From positions 149,602 through 213,601 of the IMG/VR virus record IMGVR_UViG_3300030419_004471: a stretch of 64,000 nt of DNA. One strand, written 5' to 3'. Below the pieces are notes generated by a model that was not told where the DNA came from, ran no database searches, and saw nothing but the letters and a program-made list of their open reading frames with translations. The position numbers and the translations under genes are program-made. Below, piece after piece: positions 9,222-19,864 of this stretch (its first letter is position 1; each line of letters opens with the position of its first letter).

Positions 9222-9504
9222 TCTTCTTAGTGTCTATTTTTTTATCCAAGTGTTTAATCTCTTCAGGTAATAATTGCTCATTTAAAGCCCCACATTCACC
9301 ACAAAGATAAACGTCAATTGGTATCATCACATCTTGCGCTGTACCAGTAATTAAACGAGATATTGTTCTAAGCTTTACACCTGGTAAAAATACATCATAA
9401 CCACATTCAGTACATACCATTGGTTTTGATGTTTTTAAATCTATTTTAGGTTGTTGTTGAGGTGTGTTTCCTGCTCCTCCTGCAGTTCCTATAATTTTTG
9501 CCAT
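9214..9504 (-). CDS. zinc-ribbon hypothetical protein
   Basis: Two CxxC pairs (CTECG, CGECG). Confidence 0.7.
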   Translation of the reverse strand: MAKIIGTAGGAGNTPQQQPKIDLKTSKPMVCTECGYDVFLPGVKLRTISRLITGTAQDVMIPIDVYLCGECGALNEQLLPEEIKHLDKKIDTKKNG

Positions 9505-9505
9505 A

Positions 9506-10456
9506 TTATTTGTTTATCGTTGATAAAATGTTTAGTATCGTAGCCATAAAGGGTATTTCCTTATCGACTGCTAAAGCATCTCTATGTTGACCTTCTGCTA
9601 ATACCAAAATTACTCCACTAACCTTACCTGAAGCATATTCATCTACCTTTTCATAGAGTACTGAATACATTTCTGTAAAATCTTGCATTTTAGAATCCGC
9701 AACCATCTGCCTTATTTTCATATATTTATTCCTACTATCATCTGATGATTTAAGAATATCTAATATTTTAGTTTTGAAATCAGAATCCATCAAATCATTT
9801 TTAGAAAGTTTTAACTCACCCTTAACAGAATTAAGTTGACAAGTATTTATTACTTTTCTTATATCAGGATATGATGAATCTATGATAGGAACTAAATCCT
9901 TTACATCATATTTTATTTCTTCGGAACTAAGTATCTTATCTAATTGTACTGCAACTTCTTTTTTAGAAGGTGGTACAATTTGGAATGTTTGACATCTACT
10001 TTGAATTGGGTCAATTATCTTCTCAACATAATTACAGGTCAAAATAAACCTACAATGTTTTGAAAATGTTTCCATAAGATTTCTTAATATAGCTTGTGCA
10101 TTTGGAGTCATATAATCAAACTCATCCAATATAACAATCTTATATTTCTTAAATCCTTGTGATGATGCAAAGTTCTTAACTTTATTTCTAACTGTATCTA
10201 CATTGTTTTCATCAGATGCATTTATAATCATATAATCACATTCAATTGATTTAACAATGAGTTTAGCCAAAGTTGTTTTACCAGTACCAGCTTTACCAAA
10301 AAGTAAAAGGTGTGGAACATCTGATGTTTCCAAATATCCTGCAACCTTTTCCTTTAGATGTTCATTACCAACATAATCATCTAATTTTACGGGTCTATAT
10401 TTCTCTACCCATAATGAATTATCTATTGTTTCTTCTGTTTGTTCGAAAAATCCCAT
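9506..10456 (-). CDS. clamp loader large subunit (RFC/T4 gp44-like AAA+)
   Basis: WVEKYRP, GKAGTGKTT, ILDEFD, SRC. Confidence 0.95.
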   Translation of the reverse strand: MGFFEQTEETIDNSLWVEKYRPVKLDDYVGNEHLKEKVAGYLETSDVPHLLLFGKAGTGKTTLAKLIVKSIECDYMIINASDENNVDTVRNKVKNFASSQGFKKYKIVILDEFDYMTPNAQAILRNLMETFSKHCRFILTCNYVEKIIDPIQSRCQTFQIVPPSKKEVAVQLDKILSSEEIKYDVKDLVPIIDSSYPDIRKVINTCQLNSVKGELKLSKNDLMDSDFKTKILDILKSSDDSRNKYMKIRQMVADSKMQDFTEMYSVLYEKVDEYASGKVSGVILVLAEGQHRDALAVDKEIPFMATILNILSTINK

Positions 10457-10457
10457 A

Positions 10458-11678
10458 TTATCTTCCTACTTCTTTTAAATAATTGTTTTTCATTGTTTCC
10501 CAATCCATACCAATAGCATCTATATAAAATAAATGTTCTGGTTTCAATCGATTAGAATCATATAACTTTGTATATCTTTTTATGGCTTGTCTTTTCCACC
10601 ACTTATTAATGTAATCAACTCCCTCTTCAAACTTCTTTTTCATCTTTAAATCTTTTTCTTCAATTTCTGAACGAAGAAATTCTGGTCCGTTTTCATACAT
10701 CATAGCAAGATACACTCCTCTTTTGAATCCGTGATGGTAATCAGCTGCTCTGATACCACATTCTTTAAAGATTCTTCCTAAAATCTTTTGTTTAATACCA
10801 CTAACAGGTCCTTGTCGTTGAGATTCAGCTCCATACATATTAGCTCCGTTTCTTTTTCTTTCTTCTGTAATATGTTCTTTATACCAATCCTCTCTGTTTT
10901 CTTTTAACCATTGGTGCCACGGGTCATAAAATTTATCATCAGGTTTAATTGCTATCTTACCAGCAGATTCCCCTAATGTTTTAAAATGTGGAATACCATT
11001 ATATTGAGAATGAATACCATATAAAGAAGTTGTACCAACACCAATTAGAGTTTGTCCATATTTCTTTTTCCAAAAATCTCTAATTTCAGGTACAGTAGTC
11101 ATCATCGCTGTAAGTTTACCACCTAAGAAATTATATCCTAATGGTTGTGTACATACTATCGTAGAAGCGATTGTTGTATAATTTAACTTACCCTTTTTAA
11201 ACTTATCTTCTTTATTCCATCCTATGTATTTATCTCTAACACCCATCGATGTAACATCAGATGCTAAAGATATCATACCCAGCAATTTACCACTTTTCTT
11301 ATCCTTAACAAAAACTTTAACATTTCTACCAGGGTTAGCTGTCCAACTCATTGTATGAATCATCTTTCTAAGATGTGTCCATTTTGTAGCTTCTTTAGTA
11401 TCTTCTACAATTTCAACGTATGGTTCTAACTCTTCAATTTCTTTTATTGTAAGTTCTTTATCATTAATATCTGTAGGTCTCCATTGCCAATCATAATAAG
11501 ATGCTATAGCAGATTTATCTCTAATCATAGAATCTCCTTGCAACTCTACCCACTTTTTATATAAAGTTTGTTCCTCTACAGACATCTGCATAAGATAGTC
11601 CATATTCTCAATGAGCTTTTTCTTCTCATCTTCGAATACAAATTGAGGTTTAGCTGGTTCGGTATCCCAAAAACTCAT
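10458..11678 (-). CDS. DUF4338 (DruA-like) protein, possible DNA-modifying GNAT-like enzyme
   Basis: PGR, LASDV, QPLGYNFLGGKL, TTSLYG...SQY motifs typical of DUF4338. Confidence 0.7.
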   Translation of the reverse strand: MSFWDTEPAKPQFVFEDEKKKLIENMDYLMQMSVEEQTLYKKWVELQGDSMIRDKSAIASYYDWQWRPTDINDKELTIKEIEELEPYVEIVEDTKEATKWTHLRKMIHTMSWTANPGRNVKVFVKDKKSGKLLGMISLASDVTSMGVRDKYIGWNKEDKFKKGKLNYTTIASTIVCTQPLGYNFLGGKLTAMMTTVPEIRDFWKKKYGQTLIGVGTTSLYGIHSQYNGIPHFKTLGESAGKIAIKPDDKFYDPWHQWLKENREDWYKEHITEERKRNGANMYGAESQRQGPVSGIKQKILGRIFKECGIRAADYHHGFKRGVYLAMMYENGPEFLRSEIEEKDLKMKKKFEEGVDYINKWWKRQAIKRYTKLYDSNRLKPEHLFYIDAIGMDWETMKNNYLKEVGR

Positions 11679-12373
11679 TACTTAATCTCTACTAAATAAT
11701 AATTTGATGTATAATCTCCGTCCTCAAATGAAAGATGTGCTAATCCTTTAGATGAAATTTTTAATGAAGATGATTTTGAACCTTTGTTAGCTATAAGAAT
11801 AGCTTTTAGATATTTAGCTGAAAATGCTATAGGTTTTATATCATTATCACATTTACAATTAACATCAATACTAATTCTATTTGAATTAATTGATGAATAA
11901 CCTAAAATGATTTCACCTTTGTTTTTTGTACAAGTAAAAGTAAATGTATCTGCATCTGCTAATGCTCCTTTTGATTTGATAAATTTATTTACAAACTCAT
12001 CATCTAATGTTACCTCAGAATCAAATTCAGGTAATGCCTTTAAATCAGGTACAGCAGGTATAACAGATGGAGCAGCTAGCATATATTGTACTTTCGTACC
12101 CTTATCACTAAATTTAAGAGCTCCTGTTACCTCTTCTACTTTTATTGATGAATCTAATACACTTAACAATCCTCTCAATTGAGAAGTTGTATAAATACCA
12201 AATTCACCACTAGGAAACTCACTATCTTTCACAGATACGTTTCCTAATAATGTCTTATCATCAGAAATCATTCTGACTGACATTGAATCATCAGTAGAGT
12301 TCATCATTACTGATTCAACCTCGCCACCGAGATTATATCGATTTATGAACCCATCTAATTTTAATTTTTCCAT
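11678..12373 (-). CDS. DNA sliding clamp (T4 gp45-like)
   Basis: FGIY...LRGLL and FSAKYLK motifs, 231 aa, adjacent to the clamp loader. Confidence 0.85.
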   Translation of the reverse strand: MEKLKLDGFINRYNLGGEVESVMMNSTDDSMSVRMISDDKTLLGNVSVKDSEFPSGEFGIYTTSQLRGLLSVLDSSIKVEEVTGALKFSDKGTKVQYMLAAPSVIPAVPDLKALPEFDSEVTLDDEFVNKFIKSKGALADADTFTFTCTKNKGEIILGYSSINSNRISIDVNCKCDNDIKPIAFSAKYLKAILIANKGSKSSSLKISSKGLAHLSFEDGDYTSNYYLVEIK

Positions 12374-12404
12374 AATTATCCTTTTATTAATTTATTTATT
12401 GTTA

Positions 12405-12436
12405 CAAATATACGAAAAATTCCTGAGAAATCCAAA
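12405..12436 (-). promoter_or_regulatory. Bacteroidota sigma70-type promoter (sliding clamp operon)
   Basis: TTTG-N20-TATATTTG; near-identical to the 1296 copy. Confidence 0.85.
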
Positions 12437-13483
12437 TTATTTCGTAATTATATTTCCAAAAGTATCCCTCAACCAATCATTAAAATTTTTACCAAATGCA
12501 TCAGTAACCTTATATTTTACTAATGTTTTCATAATATCTAATTTATTGATTGGATTTACTTCTTCATCATATCTATCTAAGATATTCATCTTAATGTTAC
12601 CACTAATATCTGGGTCATGCAATTGCATCAATTCTCTATTCATTAAGATTTGTTCTTTTGAATTTAATATCTCATCATAAATTTTAAGCTTTCCTTTCTT
12701 TTCATCAGCTAATTTTAATAAATCTTCAACTGATATTTTTTTATTTTCTGTAATTTCAGGAAATCTTTTAACTAATGTTTTAATACCACATCCGTGAACA
12801 CCTGGTATATTATCTGAAGTATCACCATCTAATACTCTAAATAGTAATAAATTTTTAGATTCAATACCATATTCTTCCTTTACCAACTCTTTGTTGTAAA
12901 GTTTCTTTTTGGTAGGAGACCAAACGATGGTCGTATCATCTACTAATTGTAGGAAATCCTTATCAGTAGACATAACCACCGCTTGTTCGTTCTCTTTAAG
13001 AAGTTGGGTACTAATGTACGCCATTACATCATCCGCTTCACAACCATCGTAAATCATTGTTGTAATAGGTAAATAATTTAAGATATCAGCTAACCAAACG
13101 AATTGTCTCTTCATTGATTCTCTTTCATCTTCTTCATTCATCAAATCAGCATATTGTCTATTGACTCTTAACTTATTTTTTGAACGTTCTGATTTATACC
13201 CACTAAATCTTTTCTTTCTTTTCTGAGAACCTCCCTTACCATCAAAAACTACAATGACTCTTGTCGGTTGAGTGTTTCTAATCGCATAACCTATTGATTT
13301 CAGAACACCAGTTACACCACCAACGTGGTCACCATCATCATTCATTGTAGGAATGGATGACCAGCATCTGATAAATGTATTTAAACCATCGATAATTAGA
13401 ACTCGGTCATTTCGTTTCCTATCGATATTTTGGTCGTGTGCTCTTTCAACCGAATTAAGTATGTCTTTGTAGAGTTTCTTCAT
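12437..13483 (-). CDS. 5'-3' exonuclease / RNase H (T4 Rnh, PolI 5'-nuclease family)
   Basis: LIIDGLN, VFDGKGGS, EADDV, STDKDFLQL, GDTSDNIPGV. Confidence 0.92.
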   Translation of the reverse strand: MKKLYKDILNSVERAHDQNIDRKRNDRVLIIDGLNTFIRCWSSIPTMNDDGDHVGGVTGVLKSIGYAIRNTQPTRVIVVFDGKGGSQKRKKRFSGYKSERSKNKLRVNRQYADLMNEEDERESMKRQFVWLADILNYLPITTMIYDGCEADDVMAYISTQLLKENEQAVVMSTDKDFLQLVDDTTIVWSPTKKKLYNKELVKEEYGIESKNLLLFRVLDGDTSDNIPGVHGCGIKTLVKRFPEITENKKISVEDLLKLADEKKGKLKIYDEILNSKEQILMNRELMQLHDPDISGNIKMNILDRYDEEVNPINKLDIMKTLVKYKVTDAFGKNFNDWLRDTFGNIITK

Positions 13484-13734
13484 TAAAGTACTTCTTTTGT
13501 TGTTGAAAAATACTTTTCTAATGTTTCTAATCTCTCATCAGCAGATGCTAATAACTTTAAAGCTTGTGTTGCATTATCCCAAAAATCTTTTGTGGAATGG
13601 TCTCCGATTCCAGCAGGAAAGTTTTTCAGTAAATCCAATGATAACAAAGCTTTGTTCTTATCAGCTTCAGCTTCTGATTTTAACATGTCAAATATTCTTT
13701 TATCTATTTTTGCCATAATTTTAATCATTTTCAC
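13483..13734 (-). CDS. hypothetical protein (helical)
   Basis: ORF packed between recA and the exonuclease; true start probably a few codons downstream. Confidence 0.6.
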   Translation of the reverse strand: MKMIKIMAKIDKRIFDMLKSEAEADKNKALLSLDLLKNFPAGIGDHSTKDFWDNATQALKLLASADERLETLEKYFSTTKEVL

Positions 13735-14842
13735 CAGGTAACTCAGTATCTACTTCCATAGCATCTATATCTAATGTATCTGATTTGTATTGAAGTATTG
13801 TTGATTCACATATCTTTTTGTAAATCTGGTCTCTAACTTCTTCTCTATCATCCATCAATTCGATAAAATCCTTAGATTGAAACTTTAGTTCTTCACCAGT
13901 TTCAGTATCTATGTAAGTGTACCAAGCGCCAGCTTGTTTTACTAATTTATTATCTTTCATTACTCGTAACCAAGAACCATAGTTATCAATACCTCTATCG
14001 AAGTAGATTTCAAAATCAGCCGCTCTTAAAGGTGGCCCCATTCGATTCTTTATTACTTGACATCTCACTTTCATACCAACAACCTTATCCAATCCATTCA
14101 CTTTCATTTTGATTTGCCCCATTCCCTTCAATCTCAGTCTAACTGAAGAGTGGAAAGCTAGTGCTTTACCACCTGAAGTAGTCCAAGGGTCACCAAACAT
14201 TGCGTTCATTTTTTGTCTAAGTTGATTAGTAAATACTAATGAAATTTTCTGTCTACCAATCATATTGGTAATCTTTCTCATCGCCTTAGAAATAATAATA
14301 GCTTTATCTGTAGCATATCCATCTTTATTATAATCAGCTGCTAACTCATTCTTAGTTGAAGCTGCTGCTACTGAATCTACTACGATTGTAACTAATTTAT
14401 CTCTTGAGGTTTGTCTTACCTTTTCAATGATAGTTTCACAATAATCAAAGATTTGTTCAACAGAATCCGCTGATACATAAAGAAGTTTAGAAACATCAAC
14501 ACCGATAGCTTCTAAAAATTCTCTACTTACTGCAGTTTCGGTATCAATTAATACAGCTACACCACCTTGCTTTTGTGTTTCAGCAAGACAATGAGCAGAT
14601 ACTAATGATTTACCACTCTGTTCCAAACCTGTAATCTCTGTAATTCTACCAACAGGCAACCCACCATATGGGCGATTAGAAATTGCAACATCCAACATAG
14701 CACATCCAGTCGAAATCCAACCCTCAACATTTGTGGGTGCTTCATCCGAATCAAGGAAAAATGCTACCTTCTGGTCTTTCGCTGATTTATTCAGCTCGCC
14801 AGCTAGAATATCTGCTAGTTCTAATTCTTTTTTCTTTGCCAT
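13721..14842 (-). CDS. recA: RecA/UvsX recombinase
   Basis: GLEQSGKS Walker A, VVDSVAA, FTNQLR, GGKALAFHSSVRL. Confidence 0.95.
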   Translation of the reverse strand: MAKKKELELADILAGELNKSAKDQKVAFFLDSDEAPTNVEGWISTGCAMLDVAISNRPYGGLPVGRITEITGLEQSGKSLVSAHCLAETQKQGGVAVLIDTETAVSREFLEAIGVDVSKLLYVSADSVEQIFDYCETIIEKVRQTSRDKLVTIVVDSVAAASTKNELAADYNKDGYATDKAIIISKAMRKITNMIGRQKISLVFTNQLRQKMNAMFGDPWTTSGGKALAFHSSVRLRLKGMGQIKMKVNGLDKVVGMKVRCQVIKNRMGPPLRAADFEIYFDRGIDNYGSWLRVMKDNKLVKQAGAWYTYIDTETGEELKFQSKDFIELMDDREEVRDQIYKKICESTILQYKSDTLDIDAMEVDTELPGEND

Positions 14843-14855
14843 TTAGTTTTTAATA

Positions 14856-15683
14856 TTATTTGTTAAACAAATCATCAAATGCAGCCGCAACATCATCAGT
14901 TTTCTTAGATGTTTTTGGTTTATCATCAGTATCAAATGGTAAATCATCAACTTCTTTTTCTGATTTAACCTCTTTGTTTGATAATGTTTCCTCAGCTACT
15001 GAAGGTTCACCATCTTCATTTTTATCTGAAGTTGGATTTAACCATCCTTCTAATACTGCTTTTAATTCATCATAAGATAATTCTGAATATAAATCAGTAA
15101 TTTCAGTTTGAGTTTCTAAAAATTTAGTAACATCTTCAGCTTTATCAGATAATGCACTTTGATTTGGTTTAACTCTAATAGTTGTAACAGGATATGAAGT
15201 TCCTGCTTCTTCGGCAGATTGGTATTCTATAGTAATATCTCTACCCGTTTTAGGGTCTGTTATATCACCATAATCTGGGTCTGCTATATATCCAAGAATT
15301 TCTTGATATACAGTTTTACCGAATCCCCAAAATTTGATTCCTTCTCCTTCTTGTCCTCTCACTAAAATAGGAACGAAAGTTCTTAATTTCGGCTCCATCT
15401 GCTTAGCAGCTTTCCAATCTTCCTTATCACCCATTCTTTTCAATCTATCAGCAAACTCAACTATAGGGTCAGGTCTACCAAATGATTGTGGTGAGAGATA
15501 AGTTTTATTATTAATGTTGTAGTGAAAATACAATTCGATGAAAGGATTATCTTTTTCGAATTTGTAGGGAACGATTCTGACTTGATGTTTACCAGGTGTT
15601 GGTTTCCATAGATTGTCAGACTTCTTTTGTGTGTTTTGTAGTTTGTTCAGTCTACCTCTGATTGCGTCAATATTAATTGCCAT
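14856..15683 (-). CDS. single-stranded DNA binding protein (T4 gp32-like)
   Basis: VRIVP, FWGFGKTVY, DITD...GRD; acidic tail ending FDDLFNK. Confidence 0.85.
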   Translation of the reverse strand: MAINIDAIRGRLNKLQNTQKKSDNLWKPTPGKHQVRIVPYKFEKDNPFIELYFHYNINNKTYLSPQSFGRPDPIVEFADRLKRMGDKEDWKAAKQMEPKLRTFVPILVRGQEGEGIKFWGFGKTVYQEILGYIADPDYGDITDPKTGRDITIEYQSAEEAGTSYPVTTIRVKPNQSALSDKAEDVTKFLETQTEITDLYSELSYDELKAVLEGWLNPTSDKNEDGEPSVAEETLSNKEVKSEKEVDDLPFDTDDKPKTSKKTDDVAAAFDDLFNK

Positions 15684-15814
15684 AATTTACTCCTTTTAAG
15701 TGTTAATATAATTTTAAATTTTACAGTTTAGTTTGAGATGCGTTTCTTACATCCGGTGTATATATAAATATAACAAACTTCCAAAAACCACCGATATTTT
15801 TAGAGTTTTTTTAA

Positions 15815-16159
15815 CTATTTTGCCCACTTTTTTCGGTTAACAATTTGAGAGATAACACCATAGACTGAAAGGTCTTGATATGTATCTTCTATTGCTTCAC
15901 CAACCTCATCAGGTTGACCTTTTACAACCAATTGTTTTAACCTCTGAATCTTATCGTTTTTTCTAAACCAAAGACCAGTAAGCGCAACGTTAATATCATC
16001 CGATGATTCCAATACTGAACCTACTGATATATTATCAGGTCCATAATTTCTTTGTTTCTTACAAAATGTATCGTACATCTCATCTAATATTTTTTTAAAT
16101 TCTTGAGTTGTTGCTGGAAATTTATCCTCACAATACTCAATCGCAGTTTGTTTTTTCAT
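15815..16159 (-). CDS. nucleotide-modification-associated domain 1 (DUF1599) protein
   Basis: KKQRNYG, R.NDKIQRL, IEDTYQDLSVYG pattern. Confidence 0.75.
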   Translation of the reverse strand: MKKQTAIEYCEDKFPATTQEFKKILDEMYDTFCKKQRNYGPDNISVGSVLESSDDINVALTGLWFRKNDKIQRLKQLVVKGQPDEVGEAIEDTYQDLSVYGVISQIVNRKKWAK

Positions 16160-16179
16160 ATAATATAACTTTATTTCTA

Positions 16180-16211
16180 CTAATATACAAAAAATTTTTC
16201 ACATTTCCAAA
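16180..16211 (-). promoter_or_regulatory. Bacteroidota sigma70-type promoter (DUF1599 gene)
   Basis: TTTG-N20-TATATTAG. Confidence 0.75.
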
Positions 16212-18725
16212 TTAAAATGAAAAAAACTTTTCAGCTGTTTTTGTTGAGGATAAAACCTCACCCCATTTCATAGCCCCATAAAAATCCTCTAACTTCTTTA
16301 AAAGTTCTCTTTCAAAGATTTTATCATAATCAATATAGGTCTTTACTAAATCCATAATTTCCTTTGGGTCATCATATCCTTTGAATGCTACTCCATCTAA
16401 TCCCATTGGATTTTGTTTAAGATACACCCATTTAACCTTATCACCATTTTTCATAGGTTCATATTTCATCTCACATTTAAAATGAGATAATAGTTGATTA
16501 AATGCTATAGCTGCTTTTACGTGAGCTGGTGTGCCTGATACAAATTGGAACATTCTGATTTGTTTACCCTTTGGAAGATATTTTGTTAAATTCTTTACAG
16601 ATGTATTTTTTGCAATATCTACAACATTCATCTGAGATAAATTATTTTTGAAATCATAAATCTTATCAGTAAGTTCAGTTTCCGTTTTACCTTTTAGAAT
16701 ATCAATTAGAACTTCACTCATAAACTTTCTAAATGCCGCTGGATAAGATGACCTAACAACATCTAAGCCCTTTACATCTAATTTATTAACAGATACACCA
16801 TTATCAGATATAATCCATTGTGCGTATCGTTTTTTAGCTATCCAAATACCTGATTTAGAAACATATTCTTTTTTAATCTCAAATCTATGTTTATCAATAT
16901 TGAAAATTCTTTTTGCAAGTATATCATAAAAATCATTTAGATAATCTTGCATTTCTCCTGCTATTCCATTTACGAAACCAGCGATATCATCATCAGAATT
17001 ATCTCTCCAAGTTGGGTTTCTACTATCAAGTAAGGGAGTAGCACTAAAAAAAACGGAATCAGTGTCAATGTATATATTACTATCCAAATCGGGATTACCC
17101 AATTCTTTATTGTACCTGATGTTAGCCATGTCAGCAGTTGACTTAATAACTGTCTGTCCTGTCGTGGTAACAGCGGTAGCATTATCAACATCATAAAACC
17201 TAAAGGCAGGAAGGCCAAGCACCCCATATAAAGAATTAAGTAGAATTTTTTGTACCAATTGACGTTTTTTATACCATTCATATTTTTCATTATCTCCGCT
17301 TTTTCCATATTGTTTCATTTTATTTTTGAACTCAACTCTTTGATTAAACCAAATATCTAAGATATCAGGTATACAACCAACAGTATCAGTTCTATATAAT
17401 ACACCATTAGATGCAACTGAAAATTTTGAATTATCTAAATACTTTTTAAGATTTTCTTTTGTAATCGTATCTTCACCGATTGTATAAGTATCCTTACCAC
17501 CCTTTACAAACTCATTCGCATCCCAATCATTAATCTTACCAATCTTAGTTTCTGGTGAGATATTAATACTCATAATAATAGATGGATATAGAGAAGTTAA
17601 ATCTAAATCATAAATCCATTCATATTTTCCAACGATAGGTGCTTTTACATATGCTCCGATAAACTTCTCCTCATTGTTATCTCTTAATGCTTGCATTCTC
17701 TCCTGTCTATCAGCTGGTTTATTTGGTGCTACGATACCTTTTCTTTTCAAATAACATAACAATGCTCCTTCTAAGTATTTTGATGAATAAACAAAATCTT
17801 CGTATGGAACGTGACCTGCATGACAAATACCTCTTGCCGTATCGATGAATTGTAACTTCTTATCCATATCAACTACCAACTCAACATCCACTAAGTTATA
17901 CTCAATAAACTTCTCTATATCATCTCTAAATAATTGGTCTAAGTTTCCTTGATATTCTACCTTACCTCTACCTAACTCTTTTGATGCAATACTATCTAAA
18001 CGATAATTGTCTAATTCTGTATAAGTAAAGTTTTTGTAAAGTGCTAAATAATCTAAATAAGATACACCAGCCATAAAGAATCTCTTACGATAAGGTGACC
18101 AGAAACATTCACCGATTGGTGATAATCTATTTGCGTTTCTTTTACCTATAACATTTTTTATTCTATTATAAAGATATGGTGTATCAAAGTAATCTATATT
18201 CCATCCAGTAACAATAGTTGGATTAATATATTCATATAGTTCTAAATATTTTTCTAATAATTCTGCTTCACTTCTAAATGGTAGTACAATAGCTTTATCA
18301 GTTTTCTTATTTGATAAAACATTATCTTTATCTAAAACCAAAACATAATATTGATTGGTAGCTGAATCATGCAATGCTATAGAAGTAATTTCATTCTTAG
18401 CTTCTTGCATATCAGGTAAACCTGTTTCCATCTCTACCTCAATATCATATGTAAGAGTTATATGCCCTTCTGATGGTAAATCCGAATCAGTATATGTATC
18501 TACTAAAACTCTAGTCGTTTCTGCAACATCTGATTCAAAAAGATTAGGATTATCTTTATTGAATTTATATATCTTAGTTAACCTATCTCCATACAAAGAT
18601 ACACACTCACCATTTTCTGCTTTTTCATATGCATATCTTGTATAAGGGAAAGTTCTGTAACCTAATTTATCATCCCATAAGTGTATGAGATTCTTCTGTC
18701 TTTGGTAATATACGTTTTGGTACAT
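16212..18725 (-). CDS. family B DNA polymerase (T4 gp43-like)
   Basis: Exo DIEVE; pol motifs DLTSLYPSI, KILLNSLYG, YIDTDS, KKRYA. Confidence 0.97.
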   Translation of the reverse strand: MYQNVYYQRQKNLIHLWDDKLGYRTFPYTRYAYEKAENGECVSLYGDRLTKIYKFNKDNPNLFESDVAETTRVLVDTYTDSDLPSEGHITLTYDIEVEMETGLPDMQEAKNEITSIALHDSATNQYYVLVLDKDNVLSNKKTDKAIVLPFRSEAELLEKYLELYEYINPTIVTGWNIDYFDTPYLYNRIKNVIGKRNANRLSPIGECFWSPYRKRFFMAGVSYLDYLALYKNFTYTELDNYRLDSIASKELGRGKVEYQGNLDQLFRDDIEKFIEYNLVDVELVVDMDKKLQFIDTARGICHAGHVPYEDFVYSSKYLEGALLCYLKRKGIVAPNKPADRQERMQALRDNNEEKFIGAYVKAPIVGKYEWIYDLDLTSLYPSIIMSINISPETKIGKINDWDANEFVKGGKDTYTIGEDTITKENLKKYLDNSKFSVASNGVLYRTDTVGCIPDILDIWFNQRVEFKNKMKQYGKSGDNEKYEWYKKRQLVQKILLNSLYGVLGLPAFRFYDVDNATAVTTTGQTVIKSTADMANIRYNKELGNPDLDSNIYIDTDSVFFSATPLLDSRNPTWRDNSDDDIAGFVNGIAGEMQDYLNDFYDILAKRIFNIDKHRFEIKKEYVSKSGIWIAKKRYAQWIISDNGVSVNKLDVKGLDVVRSSYPAAFRKFMSEVLIDILKGKTETELTDKIYDFKNNLSQMNVVDIAKNTSVKNLTKYLPKGKQIRMFQFVSGTPAHVKAAIAFNQLLSHFKCEMKYEPMKNGDKVKWVYLKQNPMGLDGVAFKGYDDPKEIMDLVKTYIDYDKIFERELLKKLEDFYGAMKWGEVLSSTKTAEKFFSF

Positions 18726-19855
18726 TAACTATTTAATTGTTTATGAAGTTCTTTAATCATTTTATCTTCGTTATTGGATAATTGTTTAGCTCTTTCGATT
18801 GAACGAAGTTCTTGTGTAAATCTAAATATATCATCATCCAACATTTTATCTAACATTTCAAAGAAATCTTTCTTTTTTGTGAAAAATAATCCATCTGGGT
18901 CTATTTCTCTATAACATAAAGAATCTTGAAATATCATTGGAGTACCATTCATCATACAATCAGTACCACTAACACTCCAACCATAATTTGTTTGTCTCAT
19001 CTGTACACCAACTTTACAATTTTGTAATCTTTCGTAGTATTCATGCTTTGGAACTTTTGTATTATCAATCCAAGATTCACTTGGTTTACCTTTAAGTTGT
19101 GGCACCCATAAAACAAAATCATCTCTTTGTTTTCTATATTCCTTCATAAGTTTTAAAAACGCAGGCCATCCTTTGTAACCAGCAGCCCTATGATTGAATA
19201 CAATAACATTTCTTTTTTCGTTTGAAGGTTTTTCAACTATAAATTCTTTTGGTAATCCTAAATTCCATACTGTAAGAATATCATCTAATTTATTTACAAA
19301 TTCTTCAGTAAATGTTTCTTTAGCTTCTTCTAATACTCTATTCTTTTGGTCTTGTGTATTTAAATAACAAGTATCCATTTGAGATACTCCTAATAATTCT
19401 ATAGGTAACCACATCCATTTTGCTTTACCCGGCCTTCTATCTGCTCCATTTGCCGATTTCATTTCCCACCAATGACAATAACCAATTATTTTTGTATCCA
19501 TATTCTTTTTATATCTACCAGTCTGAACCCAATCTGGTAAATGAGAATATATTACATCATAATCTATGTCTTTTGATAATTTTATTAAATCTAATGGAGG
19601 GAATGCTCTTTGATTCATCATATCACCACTAAATGGTGCAATATGTTGTTTTACATTTTCTAAATTAAGTTTTCTTACTGGTTTTGGTAATATTACATTC
19701 CAAAAGTAATCACCTAATTTATCCAATGCAATAATATGGTTGTATAAAACATCCACAAATGAATCTTTTTCAATACTACCAGCATTCGTGATATTTGGTA
19801 TCACCAACACTTTTCTAGCATCTTTGTAATCTATTTTAGTTTCCCAAAAACTCAT
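18725..19855 (-). CDS. GT-B glycosyltransferase, translationally coupled to the DNA polymerase
   Basis: IVFNHR, YGWSVSGTDCMMNGTPMIF (GT4-like region); 1-nt overlap with the pol start. Confidence 0.75.
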   Translation of the reverse strand: MSFWETKIDYKDARKVLVIPNITNAGSIEKDSFVDVLYNHIIALDKLGDYFWNVILPKPVRKLNLENVKQHIAPFSGDMMNQRAFPPLDLIKLSKDIDYDVIYSHLPDWVQTGRYKKNMDTKIIGYCHWWEMKSANGADRRPGKAKWMWLPIELLGVSQMDTCYLNTQDQKNRVLEEAKETFTEEFVNKLDDILTVWNLGLPKEFIVEKPSNEKRNVIVFNHRAAGYKGWPAFLKLMKEYRKQRDDFVLWVPQLKGKPSESWIDNTKVPKHEYYERLQNCKVGVQMRQTNYGWSVSGTDCMMNGTPMIFQDSLCYREIDPDGLFFTKKKDFFEMLDKMLDDDIFRFTQELRSIERAKQLSNNEDKMIKELHKQLNS

Positions 19856-19864
19856 TATCTCTAT

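Noticed and set aside
10458-11678. Druantia anti-phage system
   Set aside because: Only a DUF4338 gene is present, with no DruE helicase or other dru genes, and it is embedded in the clamp operon.
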